Assembly: GCA_965661285.1 (NCBI GenBank)
Contig: CBFIDD010000002.1
Coordinates: 1 to 64,000, forward strand
Length of the DNA: 64,000 nt
Source of the DNA: Poseidonia sp.
GTDB lineage: Archaea > Thermoplasmatota > Poseidoniia > Poseidoniales > Poseidoniaceae
Reading direction: 5' to 3'
Position numbers and translations under genes: made by a program. This document shows, piece after piece, positions 49,101 to 58,875 of this stretch. Position 1 is the stretch's first letter; each line of letters starts with the position of its first letter. The notes beneath the pieces were generated by a model. That model made no database searches. It was not told the DNA's origin and saw only the letters and a list, made by a program, of their open reading frames with translations.

Positions 49101-49237
49101 TCGATGGAGCCGACCGAATGGTTGACACCGACGGTGACGGGCATGTCAATTTCTGCGAATACAAGTGGGACACCAACCCGAGAAATCCTGTTTCTTACCC
49201 CGGCCAAGGGGAACTGTGTGACCCGTTTACTGATTGA
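46157..49237 (+). CDS. membrane-anchored acidic Ca-binding repeat protein (DTD.DG, bacterial TSP3-like) with biotinyl/lipoyl-like insert
   Basis: N-terminal TM and more than 15 repeats of DTD.DG(L/M).D..E....T.P. Confidence 0.85.
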   Translation: MSLNHNQMAYVAIVSTLIFGSLFVGVSGFFQTNEDIGGFESAVEEDIRGESELTAAALDTDGDGLSDKLEETQYGTDVNDPDTDNDGMSDGWEVQHGLNPLDNGESEDLEVDPTQNQDSSDAQVENETDSWPDPSQGPTGDPDRDGLTNQAEQELGTDPQRADTDNDGLNDRWESLYTTSVQTPGGEVVLFNPLDGNWDCLLLDQAMVDALETRFNGENGMAEWDDLASNGQHSCDMVLDTDDDGLANFEEEIFGTNPTARDSDMDLIDDIVEVANESLALYAGLGENCNEPLLNPLPHIGPFYGVERNWFMMDMDGDGLLNGPSDWDTDGDGMPDGFEFCYSDVSMAPNAAYVLNPANASDGYGDWDEDGMNNLEEYQVAQLFGEGNFTSPWLEDTDQDEMPDQWEAANGLHPRSALNRDQDPDMDGYDLDADGDVMYSELENTAIVHTVDVALGQQVSANQQVASARITLAGGNQQVVPLRAPVDGYVYELNVVLGQSIESRLFSWMNIVEEEERFTNVMEYKANDRDQDGILDGRSTNPLNADTDSDGLIDGIEVMGWEILVVNRGVQPTWVTSDPGLYDTDADGLSDFEEFSSTCNLGGSNASNPDTDSDGLTDLEEAGDNFMWEGETYSTSPCMFDTDNDGLEDGEEVIAGADNFLTHANNSDTDDDGLIDGQEVLFVPRPFQNPTNPLLNDTDADGMLDGWEMQVKSAEDNTNTHSLWVVTSTWERPGCESTQTNSCTMQPGGYVWLNWLGGFELEPKFQVSEMNLTGFQMPSSALCDGCNGRWALDPSLSSLKDDTFDIDNDTLPNGMEAPDRWDTNPVDDDTDGDLLPDGWEVYYSQLAFEIGLADNETVGVYGARGVMDPAMPDSDLDGIEDGYEDPDNDGLNRTGLIKRYCPGYNDSTNSECNIDPNTPDGERFYDNLENYTNFEEMQNGTNPITNDTDGDDWNDGPEVYYQDHDDDGMATGWEYHFQFDPFDGADRMVDTDGDGHVNFCEYKWDTNPRNPVSYPGQGELCDPFTD

Positions 49238-49242
49238 TCAGA

Positions 49243-50817
49243 ATGCCCGAGATGGCTGTCTGGAACCGTAGCGTGGCTCACCTCATGGTGTGCCTTGTCG
49301 TGCTGAGCGTACTGTCTCTTCACGTTCAAGCCACCCACACGACCGGAGCTTTACCAACCGGTATGCTCGAGTTTGATGATGAGAACGGCGCTCAATTTTC
49401 GGACACGCTTTCCCTGAACGGTACCTCAACTTTCCCGCTGCGAAACGCCAGTTGGACCGTTGTCAACATTTCTGGCATGACGCCCACGACCTTGATGAGT
49501 GGGCCGTTTTTGAGCTCTGTTGAACCCGTGTCAGAAGATCTCTTTTCCTGGCAACTGGTCGTTGATGTCGCATCGCATGATTGCACGTGCTATGTTGAAC
49601 TGACCGTGAACAAGAAACATGGCCCCGATTTTTCATCACGATTAATCGTTTTTCTCGGAGACCAACATCATCGGCCGGTCCTTCCGCAGGACTTCACTTC
49701 GTGGGGCAATGAAGTCTCATCAGGAGGTGCGATGGAGGACGAAGGGCATCCTGTCCTCCTCCGCTCGTCTCACAACATCACCCTTCCGTTGGTCACGGCA
49801 CCAAGCAGCGGCGACATCGTCCGTGTCAACGCTCTCGTTTGTCCAGCGCCAAACGGCGTTTGTACCACCGCTCCCACACAGGTTGAACTTCCCTTCTCAG
49901 CATCAGCAAGCCATCTCGAAATCACGGTCGACCCGGGCGCCCTTGAACTCGGAGAAGGTATTTGGCAGTTTGATTTTTCAGCGACCGACACGTTGCTGAG
50001 AACCACAAATCCAGCGCGTGCTGCCTTTATCCACGATACACAGCCACCAACCGTAGCGCTGAATCTACCTCCAACGGTGAACGAGGGTGAATCCTTCCAT
50101 GTCTACGCCAGCGTTGACGATGGCTATGATGGCGCTCAGTACGTAGCAACCTGGTCAATCATACAGGCAAATGGTGACCGTCGTGCACCCTCGGAGAGCG
50201 AAACGGTGAGCCAGGACCATCTGCTGCTGAACTTCACCAAACAAGGTGAATACGCGCTCAACGTCTCGGTCCGTGACAGTTCAGGCCAGGTTTCACATCA
50301 CGAGCAGAGGGTGACGGTTCTCAACCTCCCACCGACGGCAAAAATATCGGTTGACGGTTTGGTGCTCGATGACATGGGGCTGTTGACCTTCGGGCCACAA
50401 GACCTCTGGGAATTGAACGCCAGCGAGAGTTTTGACAACGAGGCCGTCGATTACCTCTGGGTCATTGACGATAACAGGTCGGTACGTGGAACCTCGACGC
50501 TTTCCTCTGACCAATTCCATGGACCGGATCTCCACCGGATCGAACTGATCGTCTTCGACGATGATGGCGCTACGCATTCGACGGTTGTTGAAATTGAAAT
50601 CCTGCCTGAGGAATCTGTCGAACAACAGCGGACCTCACTTCTGGCCATCCTCCTCCTTGTGGCCCTCCTGTTGGTCGGATTTATGCTTCAACGGGGTTCT
50701 TCCACAACAGAAGATCTGCCAAAATGGACCGCTCAGGAATCGAAGGAACGGCCTCACAATCCACCCTCAAATCAGCGCATTGATGCAACGGTTGAAGAAG
50801 ACGAACCTCGAGGATGA
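49243..50817 (+). CDS. secreted PKD/Ig-like domain protein with C-terminal TM anchor
   Basis: Signal peptide, DTQPPTV, NLPPTAKI, LNASESFD...YLW, ELIVFDDDGAT, C-terminal TM; start approximate. Confidence 0.75.
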   Translation: MPEMAVWNRSVAHLMVCLVVLSVLSLHVQATHTTGALPTGMLEFDDENGAQFSDTLSLNGTSTFPLRNASWTVVNISGMTPTTLMSGPFLSSVEPVSEDLFSWQLVVDVASHDCTCYVELTVNKKHGPDFSSRLIVFLGDQHHRPVLPQDFTSWGNEVSSGGAMEDEGHPVLLRSSHNITLPLVTAPSSGDIVRVNALVCPAPNGVCTTAPTQVELPFSASASHLEITVDPGALELGEGIWQFDFSATDTLLRTTNPARAAFIHDTQPPTVALNLPPTVNEGESFHVYASVDDGYDGAQYVATWSIIQANGDRRAPSESETVSQDHLLLNFTKQGEYALNVSVRDSSGQVSHHEQRVTVLNLPPTAKISVDGLVLDDMGLLTFGPQDLWELNASESFDNEAVDYLWVIDDNRSVRGTSTLSSDQFHGPDLHRIELIVFDDDGATHSTVVEIEILPEESVEQQRTSLLAILLLVALLLVGFMLQRGSSTTEDLPKWTAQESKERPHNPPSNQRIDATVEEDEPRG

Positions 50818-50820
50818 ATC

Positions 50821-52194
50821 ATGTTCGCAGAAGCCATGGCGCGATTGCCATCTCGTCCAGCAGCGACAAGCAAGGAAGAATTCCGTGACCGGCAAATGCG
50901 ATTGACCTCACAATTTCGAAACGACGATGTCCTCATCCTTGCATCCCCCCCGTTTGCTGTTCACTCCAACGATGTTGAGTATCGCTATCGGACTTCAAGC
51001 GACCTGCTGTATTTGACGGGCTGGACCGAACCAGAATCCGTGTTCGTCTTGAGGCACGACGGTTCATCATGGTCATCAGCGCTCTTCGTCCAGCCACAGG
51101 ATACACTCAAGGAAATATGGGAAGGTCGTCGCCCTGGCGTGAAGGGTGCACTGGCAGACTTTTCGGTTGACGAGGCTTACAACAACGACGAACTTGAGGT
51201 AAAACTCAGTGAATGGCTGACCGACGCTCGTCGCGTTTTTCATCGGGGTGGGTTCCATGCCGGCGTGGATGGTCTCGTAGAAGCGGCTATTCGTCGACGA
51301 GACCGCGCTCGCCAGCATTTTGGCACAGGCCCTGTCGCTATGGAGGATCCCTCGGGTCTGCTCGCAGAGTTGCGACTGCGAAAATCAGATTCAGAGGTTG
51401 AACAAATGGTCTATGCCAGTAAGGTCGCTGCCATCGCCCACGAACTGGCCATGCGACACAGCAGGGACGGCATCACGGAATACCAACTGCAATCCGTCAT
51501 CGAAGGCTTCTTTTCATACGCTGGAGCCTCAGGTTGGTCGTATCCTTCGATTGTAGGCTGCGGAGAAAATGCGACGATTCTTCACTACACGACCAATCAA
51601 GATGTGTGCGGTTCCGACGAGGTTATTTTGATCGATGCCGGTGCTGAATTCCGTGGCTATGCCAGCGACATCACCCGTTCATGGCCCATATCCGGTTCGT
51701 TTTCCGAAGCACAGCGAGAAATCTACCAAGTCGTTCTTGATGCCCAACTTGCTGCCATTGAAGCCTGTCAAGTTGGTATGCCTTACACGGCTCCACATGA
51801 TGCTGCTCGAAAGGTTCTCGCAGAAGGCCTGATTTCATTGGGTGTAATTTCACAAACCGTGGACGAAGCCCTTGATTTGGAGACGGGAGAACTGCGCCGT
51901 TGGTACATGCACAACACCAGCCACTGGATTGGTTTGGATGTCCATGATGCGGGCGTCTACAAACCAGGGGGAGAACCTCGTCTGCTTGAAGCTGGCATGT
52001 GTTTGACCGTTGAGCCAGGTTTGTACTTTGGTGCTTGGCGACCCGATGTTGATTGTCCTGAACGCTATGCAAACATTGGTATTCGAATCGAAGACGATGT
52101 GCTCATCACAAACGATGGCCCCGTCGTCTTGACCGAAGATTGTCCGAAGACCATCGAAGACATTGAGCGCATCGTCGGCAAAGGCCTCGACTGA
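50821..52194 (+). CDS. pepP: Xaa-Pro aminopeptidase P (M24B)
   Basis: SDLLYLTG, LRLRKS, ILHY, LIDAG..YASDITR, H.TSHWIGLDVHD, TVEPGLY, GIRIEDDV. Confidence 0.92.
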   Translation: MFAEAMARLPSRPAATSKEEFRDRQMRLTSQFRNDDVLILASPPFAVHSNDVEYRYRTSSDLLYLTGWTEPESVFVLRHDGSSWSSALFVQPQDTLKEIWEGRRPGVKGALADFSVDEAYNNDELEVKLSEWLTDARRVFHRGGFHAGVDGLVEAAIRRRDRARQHFGTGPVAMEDPSGLLAELRLRKSDSEVEQMVYASKVAAIAHELAMRHSRDGITEYQLQSVIEGFFSYAGASGWSYPSIVGCGENATILHYTTNQDVCGSDEVILIDAGAEFRGYASDITRSWPISGSFSEAQREIYQVVLDAQLAAIEACQVGMPYTAPHDAARKVLAEGLISLGVISQTVDEALDLETGELRRWYMHNTSHWIGLDVHDAGVYKPGGEPRLLEAGMCLTVEPGLYFGAWRPDVDCPERYANIGIRIEDDVLITNDGPVVLTEDCPKTIEDIERIVGKGLD

Positions 52195-52197
52195 GGT

Positions 52198-53391
52198 GTG
52201 AACGTGGTGTGGAAGGAAATTCTTGCACGGCAGTCCTCTTGGACACGTGGCGCATCATCGACGCTGCGAATGACCACCGAGGATGCCGTTGTCCTCTACA
52301 ACGATGCACCTCTCCATGAATTGATGCAAGCCGCACACCAACGACGGATGGCCATGCACCCGGACGGCAAGGTCACCTACCTCGTAGACCGGAACATCAA
52401 CTACACCAACGTCTGCACCATCAACTGTCAATTTTGTTCGTTTTACAGACCACCCGGTCATGAAGAAACGTACACGCAAACCTACCAGGAAATCTCGGCG
52501 AGGGTGCGTGAGTTGGAACAGATCGGTGGTTCACGCATTCTCATGCAGGGTGGTGTCAATCCTGCTCTACCATTTTCGTGGTACACTGATCTCCTTCAGC
52601 ACCTTCGCAAGGAACATCCGACCATTGATCTTGATTGTTTCAGCCCGATTGAAATCGAGGGGCTTGCAGAAGTGTGTGGAATGAGCACACTTGACGTCCT
52701 CATCCACCTGAAAGAGGCTGGCATGCACGGGTTGCCGGGTGGTGGAGCAGAAATGCTCGTCGATGATGTACGAAAGGATGTGTCTCCCAAAAAAGGGTCC
52801 CCTGCGAATTGGCTTCGAGTCATGGGTGAGGCCCAATCCTTGGGCTTGACCACCAGTGCCACCAACGTCATTGGATTTGGAGAAGGTTCAGACGAGCGTG
52901 TGGAACACATGCTTCGCATTCGTGAACTCCAAGACCGCTCACTGCGAGACCACGGGCATGGGTTCACATCCTTCATCGCTTGGCCTGTTCAGCTTGAAGT
53001 CAATTCTTTCGGTCGACGAAATCGCGGTCAGAACAAACACGTCTTGGGTGCAGGTTCGTCAGAATATCTGCGTCACGTTGCGGTATCTCGCCTGTTCCTC
53101 GATAATGTTGAGCACATCCAAGCCTCATGGCCAACGATGGGCATACATGTGGCCCAGATGGCCCTGCTCGCAGGTGCAGATGACGCCGGGTCGACCATGA
53201 TGGAGGAAAACGTCGTTTCTGCCTCGGGGACCAGCAAGTTGGATGCGACCGAGCATGAACTCCAATCCTCTATTCGCCGAGCAGGCTTTTTCCCTCAACG
53301 GCGGGACAGCGACTACACGCATCTCAAGACAAAACCCTTGGTTGAAGAGAATTTGAGCCTCGCTTCGCCCCCGCCCTCGCTTACGTCGTAG
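52198..53391 (+). CDS. mqnC: radical SAM enzyme of the MqnC/CofH family (probable cyclic dehypoxanthine futalosine synthase)
   Basis: VTYLVDRNINYTNVC...CQFC.FYR, LMQGG, FSPIEI, PGGGAE, GFTSFIAW, HIQASW, GSTMMEENVVS; start could be 52204. Confidence 0.8.
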   Translation: MNVVWKEILARQSSWTRGASSTLRMTTEDAVVLYNDAPLHELMQAAHQRRMAMHPDGKVTYLVDRNINYTNVCTINCQFCSFYRPPGHEETYTQTYQEISARVRELEQIGGSRILMQGGVNPALPFSWYTDLLQHLRKEHPTIDLDCFSPIEIEGLAEVCGMSTLDVLIHLKEAGMHGLPGGGAEMLVDDVRKDVSPKKGSPANWLRVMGEAQSLGLTTSATNVIGFGEGSDERVEHMLRIRELQDRSLRDHGHGFTSFIAWPVQLEVNSFGRRNRGQNKHVLGAGSSEYLRHVAVSRLFLDNVEHIQASWPTMGIHVAQMALLAGADDAGSTMMEENVVSASGTSKLDATEHELQSSIRRAGFFPQRRDSDYTHLKTKPLVEENLSLASPPPSLTS

Positions 53392-56300
53392 GGCCATAGA
53401 ACACAACCCACACCACGGCACGGATGTTTCGTTGTCCGTTACCGATACCGTCTGAAGGAACGTATTCAGCACCGTTGTAATAGCCTCTGTAGACCAGGTG
53501 ATTGGTGTTGTTGGTACCGTTATCGACCCAATCCGTGATGTCGTAGGTCCACTGCTTCACGTCTTGACCAGCGCACCATCCCGCTCGTCCGAACGGCCAC
53601 GAACCGAATTGGTTCGCCACGACTCCGTTGTTGACCTCTTTTTCACACCCTTCGTTATCGTACACGATCGGATGCCATTCGTATGTTTGGTGCTCTCCCA
53701 TGGTGTAGTAGTGTTGGTGGTCGCAGAATTCGGCACAATTGGCCGAATCCTTGTTGAATCCGTGGCCGGTGATGGTTGCCACAATTTCAACACTCGTGGC
53801 ATACGAAGGTACGCTGAAGTTGAGTTGTCGAACGTAGCGAGATTCGTTGTTGTAGGTTCCATCAAATTGACCACCGCTGAAGGCGTAAGTGGCGTTGACA
53901 GCACGTGAACCGCTTCCCCAATTGCTGAACAGGAAGGTGACGGTCAAGTCGCCTTTATTGGCGCCAGCGTATTTGAAACGCCGGTCTTCTCCGTCGTTCA
54001 ACATGAAGAGATAGGGCGAGATGTCGGTCAACCACATCCCTTCACGACCGTACGTGGTGATCCATCGGACCGATTCCGTGTTACATATCGTGTCGTTATC
54101 TCGGTCACAGATGAACATGTAGGCCAGGTAGTCCCATTCGTGACATCCACCGTACGAACCGTCGGATTTTTGATAGCGATTCGTTCGCTCAAAGCACGCA
54201 TGTTCGTGGTAAACTTCCAACGTGTCGTAACTCGTGAGGTCATTGGGGAGGTCGAAGGTGGCGTTTGAGAAGGAGGAATATCCAGAACCCCAACCTCCTG
54301 AGTGCCGTTGGAAATCCATGATTTGAACGGCATGCACGGCCGGGTCTTGTTCTCGGATTTTGGTTGGGAATTCTGCCACCCACTGGTTCGGCTCAAATGA
54401 AAGGTGGAACGGGTCATTTGATTGGCTCGTCCATGCATAGAGTGAACCGGTTTCCCGGGAGAGTTGGAATCGGTCAATCCCCATAAAGAAGGGGTTGTTG
54501 AAGGATGATATCATCGACCCAATGCCACCACCGAGGTTGCTCGCATCGACGTCAATGTAGTGAATTCGGTCGTCCCAGTATGCTTCCTCGCTGTTGGTCA
54601 ACCCAGCGAGCACAGCGTTTCGTTGCTGAATGACATCGTTGTGGTAACTGTTGTCAAAGGACCCGTAGAAAAGGTGTGTGTTGGCAGGGAGGTTCCGGAT
54701 GAATTTCCCTGGGTTTTGTCCCCATGTCGCACCGTTGTTGTTTCCGCTGGAATCGGTGTACTTGAACATGAAGAAGTAGACATCATCTCCAGTCCATCGG
54801 TCTTTGAAATTGAAGGTGCCGTTCAAGGTTGGAAACGAAAATTGCGGCACGGTTTGCATCGGGCCGTTGAGACTTGTCGCATCCGTCCACGGGACCGGTA
54901 ATTGGACCACAGCACAACCGTTCACATCCACACTCCAACGGTCGGGTGAGGATGCGCAATCATCGACATTCGCAAAGACGCCGTCCCCATCGATGTCGGC
55001 ACATCCCGCAGCATTGACCATGAGGCCGGCGGGCGTTCCCTCACATTCGTCGAGCAAGTCATTCACGCCGTCGCTATCGGTATCTCGCTCTAGCGCCGCA
55101 CACCCAACATCGTTGACGTCGGTGGCGTTCAGTGGCGTCCGAGGACACAGGTCAAGTTGATCACCGGTCGCATTGACATCATTGACGCCGTCATTGTCGT
55201 CGTCGTCGTCTTCGGTTGCGTCCTGGCATCCATCGTTGTCCCAATCGGTGGTGTTGTCTGAGAGCCAGTTGGCGACACCTTTGGCACACGCATCGTTGAG
55301 ATCGTTGTGGTCATCGTTGTCATCGTTATCGTCCTCATCAAGATCCGAACATCCGTCATTGTCCCAGTCGCTGTACCGGTTAGAATACCACCCCTTTCGT
55401 CCAACGGGACACAGGTCGTTGACATCATCGACCCCATCGTTGTCATCATCTTCATCCTCATTGGCGTCATGACACCCATCGTAATCGTAATCTGCGGACG
55501 GTGTGCTGACCCAGCCGTAGGATGCAGCACAAAGGTCGTAGGTGTCCGGTATCCCATCGTTGTCGTCATCCTCGTCTTCGTCGTTGTCCCTGCATCCGTC
55601 TTGGTCGCCATCCGTAGCCGTGGTTGATTCCCACCCTTCGTTGGCACCGATTCCCGACGGACACCGATCATAGATGTCCTGGACCCCGTCACCATCTTCG
55701 TCATCCCCTGCGCCCTCGATAATCACCTGTGTCGTAGCCGTGTCGCTTGACACACTGTAGCGACCGCAATTGGCATTGGAGGTGATGGTATGTGAGGAAA
55801 TCGATTCGGTAAAATCCATCAAGATTTTCCATCCACCGTTTTCGTTAAGCGCAACGGTACCTTCGTTCCCGTCGGTCACGGTATACGACACCGCACACGA
55901 GTCAACATAGAGGTGGCTTACGCTCCCCTCAAACCACACCACGTTTGGTTGTTCCAAGACGAGACGGTTGGGAACACTCAACACCGGGGCCGGTTCATCC
56001 GGCGCATTGATGTTCACCACCAGCACCAAAGGTTGGACGGATGGATTGAGTTGCGAGTCACCTGTGTTTTCAATGGTGATGGAAACGATATGTTCGCCGG
56101 TAGAGACCGGCGTGAATTTGAGTTGGTAACCGGTGTCCGTTTGCTCCCAAGTACGCTCGGATACCGGTGAAAAGTTTGGCTGAAGAACCGAGGCCTCGAT
56201 GCTCCACTCGCCGGTACCTTCCTGGGTAATGCCAAGAATATACGTGAGCTCATCACCGAGTTGGGCTTCGGTTGGAGCGAGAATCCAATTTGTGTTCAAA

Positions 56301-56416
56301 CTGTAGGTTGAGGCTGCTGGCTCCTCCTCCACAAGGGCGGGTTCGGTCGCCCCCATACACCCTGCAAGGGTCATGAGAGAGACGAGAATCAGAGCGGACC
56401 AACGTCGAGCATCCAT
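53381..56416 (-). CDS. lipoprotein with TSP3-like Ca-binding repeats and C-terminal peptide-N-glycosidase F-like domain
   Basis: Lipobox LAGC; repeats D.D.DGC.D..ED.DDDNDG..D..D.C; CHEWDY, RWITTYGR, ITGHG, CAEFC, GRAGWC.G. Confidence 0.82.
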   Translation of the reverse strand: MDARRWSALILVSLMTLAGCMGATEPALVEEEPAASTYSLNTNWILAPTEAQLGDELTYILGITQEGTGEWSIEASVLQPNFSPVSERTWEQTDTGYQLKFTPVSTGEHIVSITIENTGDSQLNPSVQPLVLVVNINAPDEPAPVLSVPNRLVLEQPNVVWFEGSVSHLYVDSCAVSYTVTDGNEGTVALNENGGWKILMDFTESISSHTITSNANCGRYSVSSDTATTQVIIEGAGDDEDGDGVQDIYDRCPSGIGANEGWESTTATDGDQDGCRDNDEDEDDDNDGIPDTYDLCAASYGWVSTPSADYDYDGCHDANEDEDDDNDGVDDVNDLCPVGRKGWYSNRYSDWDNDGCSDLDEDDNDDNDDHNDLNDACAKGVANWLSDNTTDWDNDGCQDATEDDDDDNDGVNDVNATGDQLDLCPRTPLNATDVNDVGCAALERDTDSDGVNDLLDECEGTPAGLMVNAAGCADIDGDGVFANVDDCASSPDRWSVDVNGCAVVQLPVPWTDATSLNGPMQTVPQFSFPTLNGTFNFKDRWTGDDVYFFMFKYTDSSGNNNGATWGQNPGKFIRNLPANTHLFYGSFDNSYHNDVIQQRNAVLAGLTNSEEAYWDDRIHYIDVDASNLGGGIGSMISSFNNPFFMGIDRFQLSRETGSLYAWTSQSNDPFHLSFEPNQWVAEFPTKIREQDPAVHAVQIMDFQRHSGGWGSGYSSFSNATFDLPNDLTSYDTLEVYHEHACFERTNRYQKSDGSYGGCHEWDYLAYMFICDRDNDTICNTESVRWITTYGREGMWLTDISPYLFMLNDGEDRRFKYAGANKGDLTVTFLFSNWGSGSRAVNATYAFSGGQFDGTYNNESRYVRQLNFSVPSYATSVEIVATITGHGFNKDSANCAEFCDHQHYYTMGEHQTYEWHPIVYDNEGCEKEVNNGVVANQFGSWPFGRAGWCAGQDVKQWTYDITDWVDNGTNNTNHLVYRGYYNGAEYVPSDGIGNGQRNIRAVVWVVFYGPTT

Positions 56417-56453
56417 GCCTGTTGCTTGGCTGGGCTGTCTTTCAATGTGTTGT

Positions 56454-57596
56454 TCAACTGATGTCGAGTTCGGAGCGGCCGTCGTGAAGCGGCAGTGATG
56501 CTAACGCCACCTTTCCGCTTCCGTGAGCGACCTTGAGCGGTTGTACCCAGAGCAGTGCGCCTCCCTTTTTCCTATCGATTCTCAAAATACACTCCCAATG
56601 GATGCGCAAGAGGTCGGTGTTGACTGACCCTGGCCATGCTGGCTGTGGCGGTTCAAGAACGAGAGGTTTTCCATCCTCCCACCGTTGTGGTTCATTTTGG
56701 ACCATCACTCGCATCGGACGAAGATAGAGGCCACCTTTTACTTCCTTGAGTTCCATCGGGGCGTCCTCGCCTCCTGCCGTCCCATCATCCAAACCGACTT
56801 CCCAATGATGAGGTAGTTCCGTCGATAACCCGGGTGGAGGCTGACGTTTTGGGTCTCGATCAAGGGTTTCGAGCAGCACTTCCCGTGAGGGCGGAAGAAC
56901 ACCAACCCGGAGAATGGCATCGACATGGTTCCACGAGTCATCCCACTCAGGGAACGTGACATTGAACTCCAAGGATTCATGCGCTACACTGGGTTTTGAA
57001 AATTCTATGACGGGTGTCTGAAGGTTTCGTTTCAAGAAAAGGTTTTGGCGCCGTAACTCGATCAAATTGGCAACGACTCTGAGGACCAGCGGTGCGAAAA
57101 TGAGCGGGACGACAAAAACTGCCAGAGCAGGATAATCAAGCAAGCCCCAGCGTACGGTTTCAAGCCCGTATACGGGGAGGTTGAGAAGGAGAAGGACCGG
57201 TGAGATGAACAGGTAGAAAAGACAAGCGAGAAGAACGACCACAACACCATTGATAAACGTGCGAAGGACATTGTGAATCGGATTGGGAATCAGATACCAA
57301 CCACGGCGTTGTCGTTTGATCAAACGCACATAGGGCTCGTTTTCTAAATGGGGGCTGGAAGGTGTATGTTGTAGACGCTCCTCGCCGAATATGTAGGTTC
57401 GCTCAATCAGCCACGACTGCTCATCACCGAGTTGAAATTCCGGACTGCGCTCCTTGATCACTTCCAGTGCTTCATCTTGCTCTTCATACTCACCAATCAG
57501 CGTGCGATGCGTTGCGATGGGGAGGGCTTCTGCTTCCCAACGTGCCGCTTCAAACGGCGGGTATCGAACCCGATGCTGTTCGTAGAGACGCTTCAC
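56454..57596 (-). CDS. hypothetical membrane protein (2 TM)
   Basis: GTG start with GAGGTG SD overlapping the GGR stop; two hydrophobic helices. Confidence 0.7.
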   Translation of the reverse strand: MKRLYEQHRVRYPPFEAARWEAEALPIATHRTLIGEYEEQDEALEVIKERSPEFQLGDEQSWLIERTYIFGEERLQHTPSSPHLENEPYVRLIKRQRRGWYLIPNPIHNVLRTFINGVVVVLLACLFYLFISPVLLLLNLPVYGLETVRWGLLDYPALAVFVVPLIFAPLVLRVVANLIELRRQNLFLKRNLQTPVIEFSKPSVAHESLEFNVTFPEWDDSWNHVDAILRVGVLPPSREVLLETLDRDPKRQPPPGLSTELPHHWEVGLDDGTAGGEDAPMELKEVKGGLYLRPMRVMVQNEPQRWEDGKPLVLEPPQPAWPGSVNTDLLRIHWECILRIDRKKGGALLWVQPLKVAHGSGKVALASLPLHDGRSELDIS

Positions 57597-57606
57597 GTCG
57601 AGCACC

Positions 57607-58821
57607 TCAGGACAACAACAATCGAACGCCTGCTTTGAGTGCAAGTGGGCGGAACGCTGGTACTTGCTTGAGCAAGGCCATACCAAGGGGGACTGGCTTT
57701 TCGATGTCCCCTATAGCGTTGATGAGTTGAAGCGTATCCGGGTGTGCGAAATTTGTGAAATGTTTGTCCAGTACGTCGTCCGAGCAATCACTCACGAGGA
57801 GATTGCGCAACGTTCGAGCCCTGTCCTGCTCTTTTTTCATGGCGGCCCACGGTTTCTTGGTGATGGACTTGAGCGTCACCTCGTCTAGCGTGTTGGCCCG
57901 GATGGCTTCGCTGAGCGGCTCGATAATGCATTGAATTTGATGGAAGCCTGGTCCGAGTCCTCCGCCCGTGGTTGGCTTGGCCATGCCGGCTGCGTCGCCA
58001 AGTAACATGACTCTGTTTTTGACTGGCTTTTTCACCATACCCGAAGGTACTGGTCCGCAATACCGGGCGATTTCTGAGGTGTTCGCGAACCGTTCTTTCC
58101 ACAACGGATGGTCCATCAAATCCTGATAACACGATTCAATACTGCGTCCGTTGAGACGGTCGGCCGTCGACCACAACCCAATTCGATGGGTTCCAAATCC
58201 GGAAGGAATGACCCAAGCGAAGAATCCCGGTGCGATACTGGAACCGCTGTACATCTCGAGCCAGCGTTCCCGACCTTCGTAGCCCACGACTTCTGTTTGA
58301 AAACCGATCATCAATTCCTTCGGACGGCCCATTTTGAACGTCCGTCGAGTCCAGCTGTGGGCACCGTCTGCACCGATGAGGAGTTTGCAGTGGAGGTGGT
58401 GAATCTCGCCGGATTTACGCACGGTTACCTCAACGCCATCGTCGTTTGCCTGTGCGTTGAGTGGAACACTGTCCAGCCACAGGGTGGCACCTGCTTCCAT
58501 GCCTTGCTGCACAATGAACTGGTCAAATCGCTTGCGACACACAACATAGGTGCGTAGGACACCCTCTGTACCGACCGGTACCAACGTTCCACTTGGCCCG
58601 TGTATGAGGGCACCATCGACTTCTTCCAGAACGGTTTCATGACCGCCTACCACGTTCATTGCCGAGGGTGTGACCAAGCCTGCGCATTGAAACGGACGGC
58701 CAATTTCGGTGTGTTCCTCGAGCATGAGGACACGAAATCCTTGCTCACTGAGGAGCGTTGCTGCCCGTCCCCCTACAGGGCCTGCGCCGACGATGACGAC
58801 ATCAAAGCCGACCGTGTCCAT
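57607..58821 (-). CDS. digeranylgeranylglycerophospholipid reductase (geranylgeranyl reductase family)
   Basis: DVVIVGAGPVG, IG.PFQCAG, R..FDQ, IGADG, APGFFAWVIP, LLGDAAG..KP.TGGG. Confidence 0.88.
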   Translation of the reverse strand: MDTVGFDVVIVGAGPVGGRAATLLSEQGFRVLMLEEHTEIGRPFQCAGLVTPSAMNVVGGHETVLEEVDGALIHGPSGTLVPVGTEGVLRTYVVCRKRFDQFIVQQGMEAGATLWLDSVPLNAQANDDGVEVTVRKSGEIHHLHCKLLIGADGAHSWTRRTFKMGRPKELMIGFQTEVVGYEGRERWLEMYSGSSIAPGFFAWVIPSGFGTHRIGLWSTADRLNGRSIESCYQDLMDHPLWKERFANTSEIARYCGPVPSGMVKKPVKNRVMLLGDAAGMAKPTTGGGLGPGFHQIQCIIEPLSEAIRANTLDEVTLKSITKKPWAAMKKEQDRARTLRNLLVSDCSDDVLDKHFTNFAHPDTLQLINAIGDIEKPVPLGMALLKQVPAFRPLALKAGVRLLLS

Positions 58822-58875
58822 GTTTTCGCCTGGGGAAGGTATTGTTTCAACCTTCCTTCACTCATGGCCTTTCGG

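Noticed and set aside
46300-49200. Repeated GACACCGAC/GACGG words as a possible CRISPR or DNA repeat array
   Set aside because: They are in-frame codons for DTD.DG protein repeats with synonymous variation and irregular spacing; no cas genes are present.
54940-55710. TCGTCATCG-rich low-complexity tract
   Set aside because: Reverse-strand Asp codons of TSP3-like repeats.
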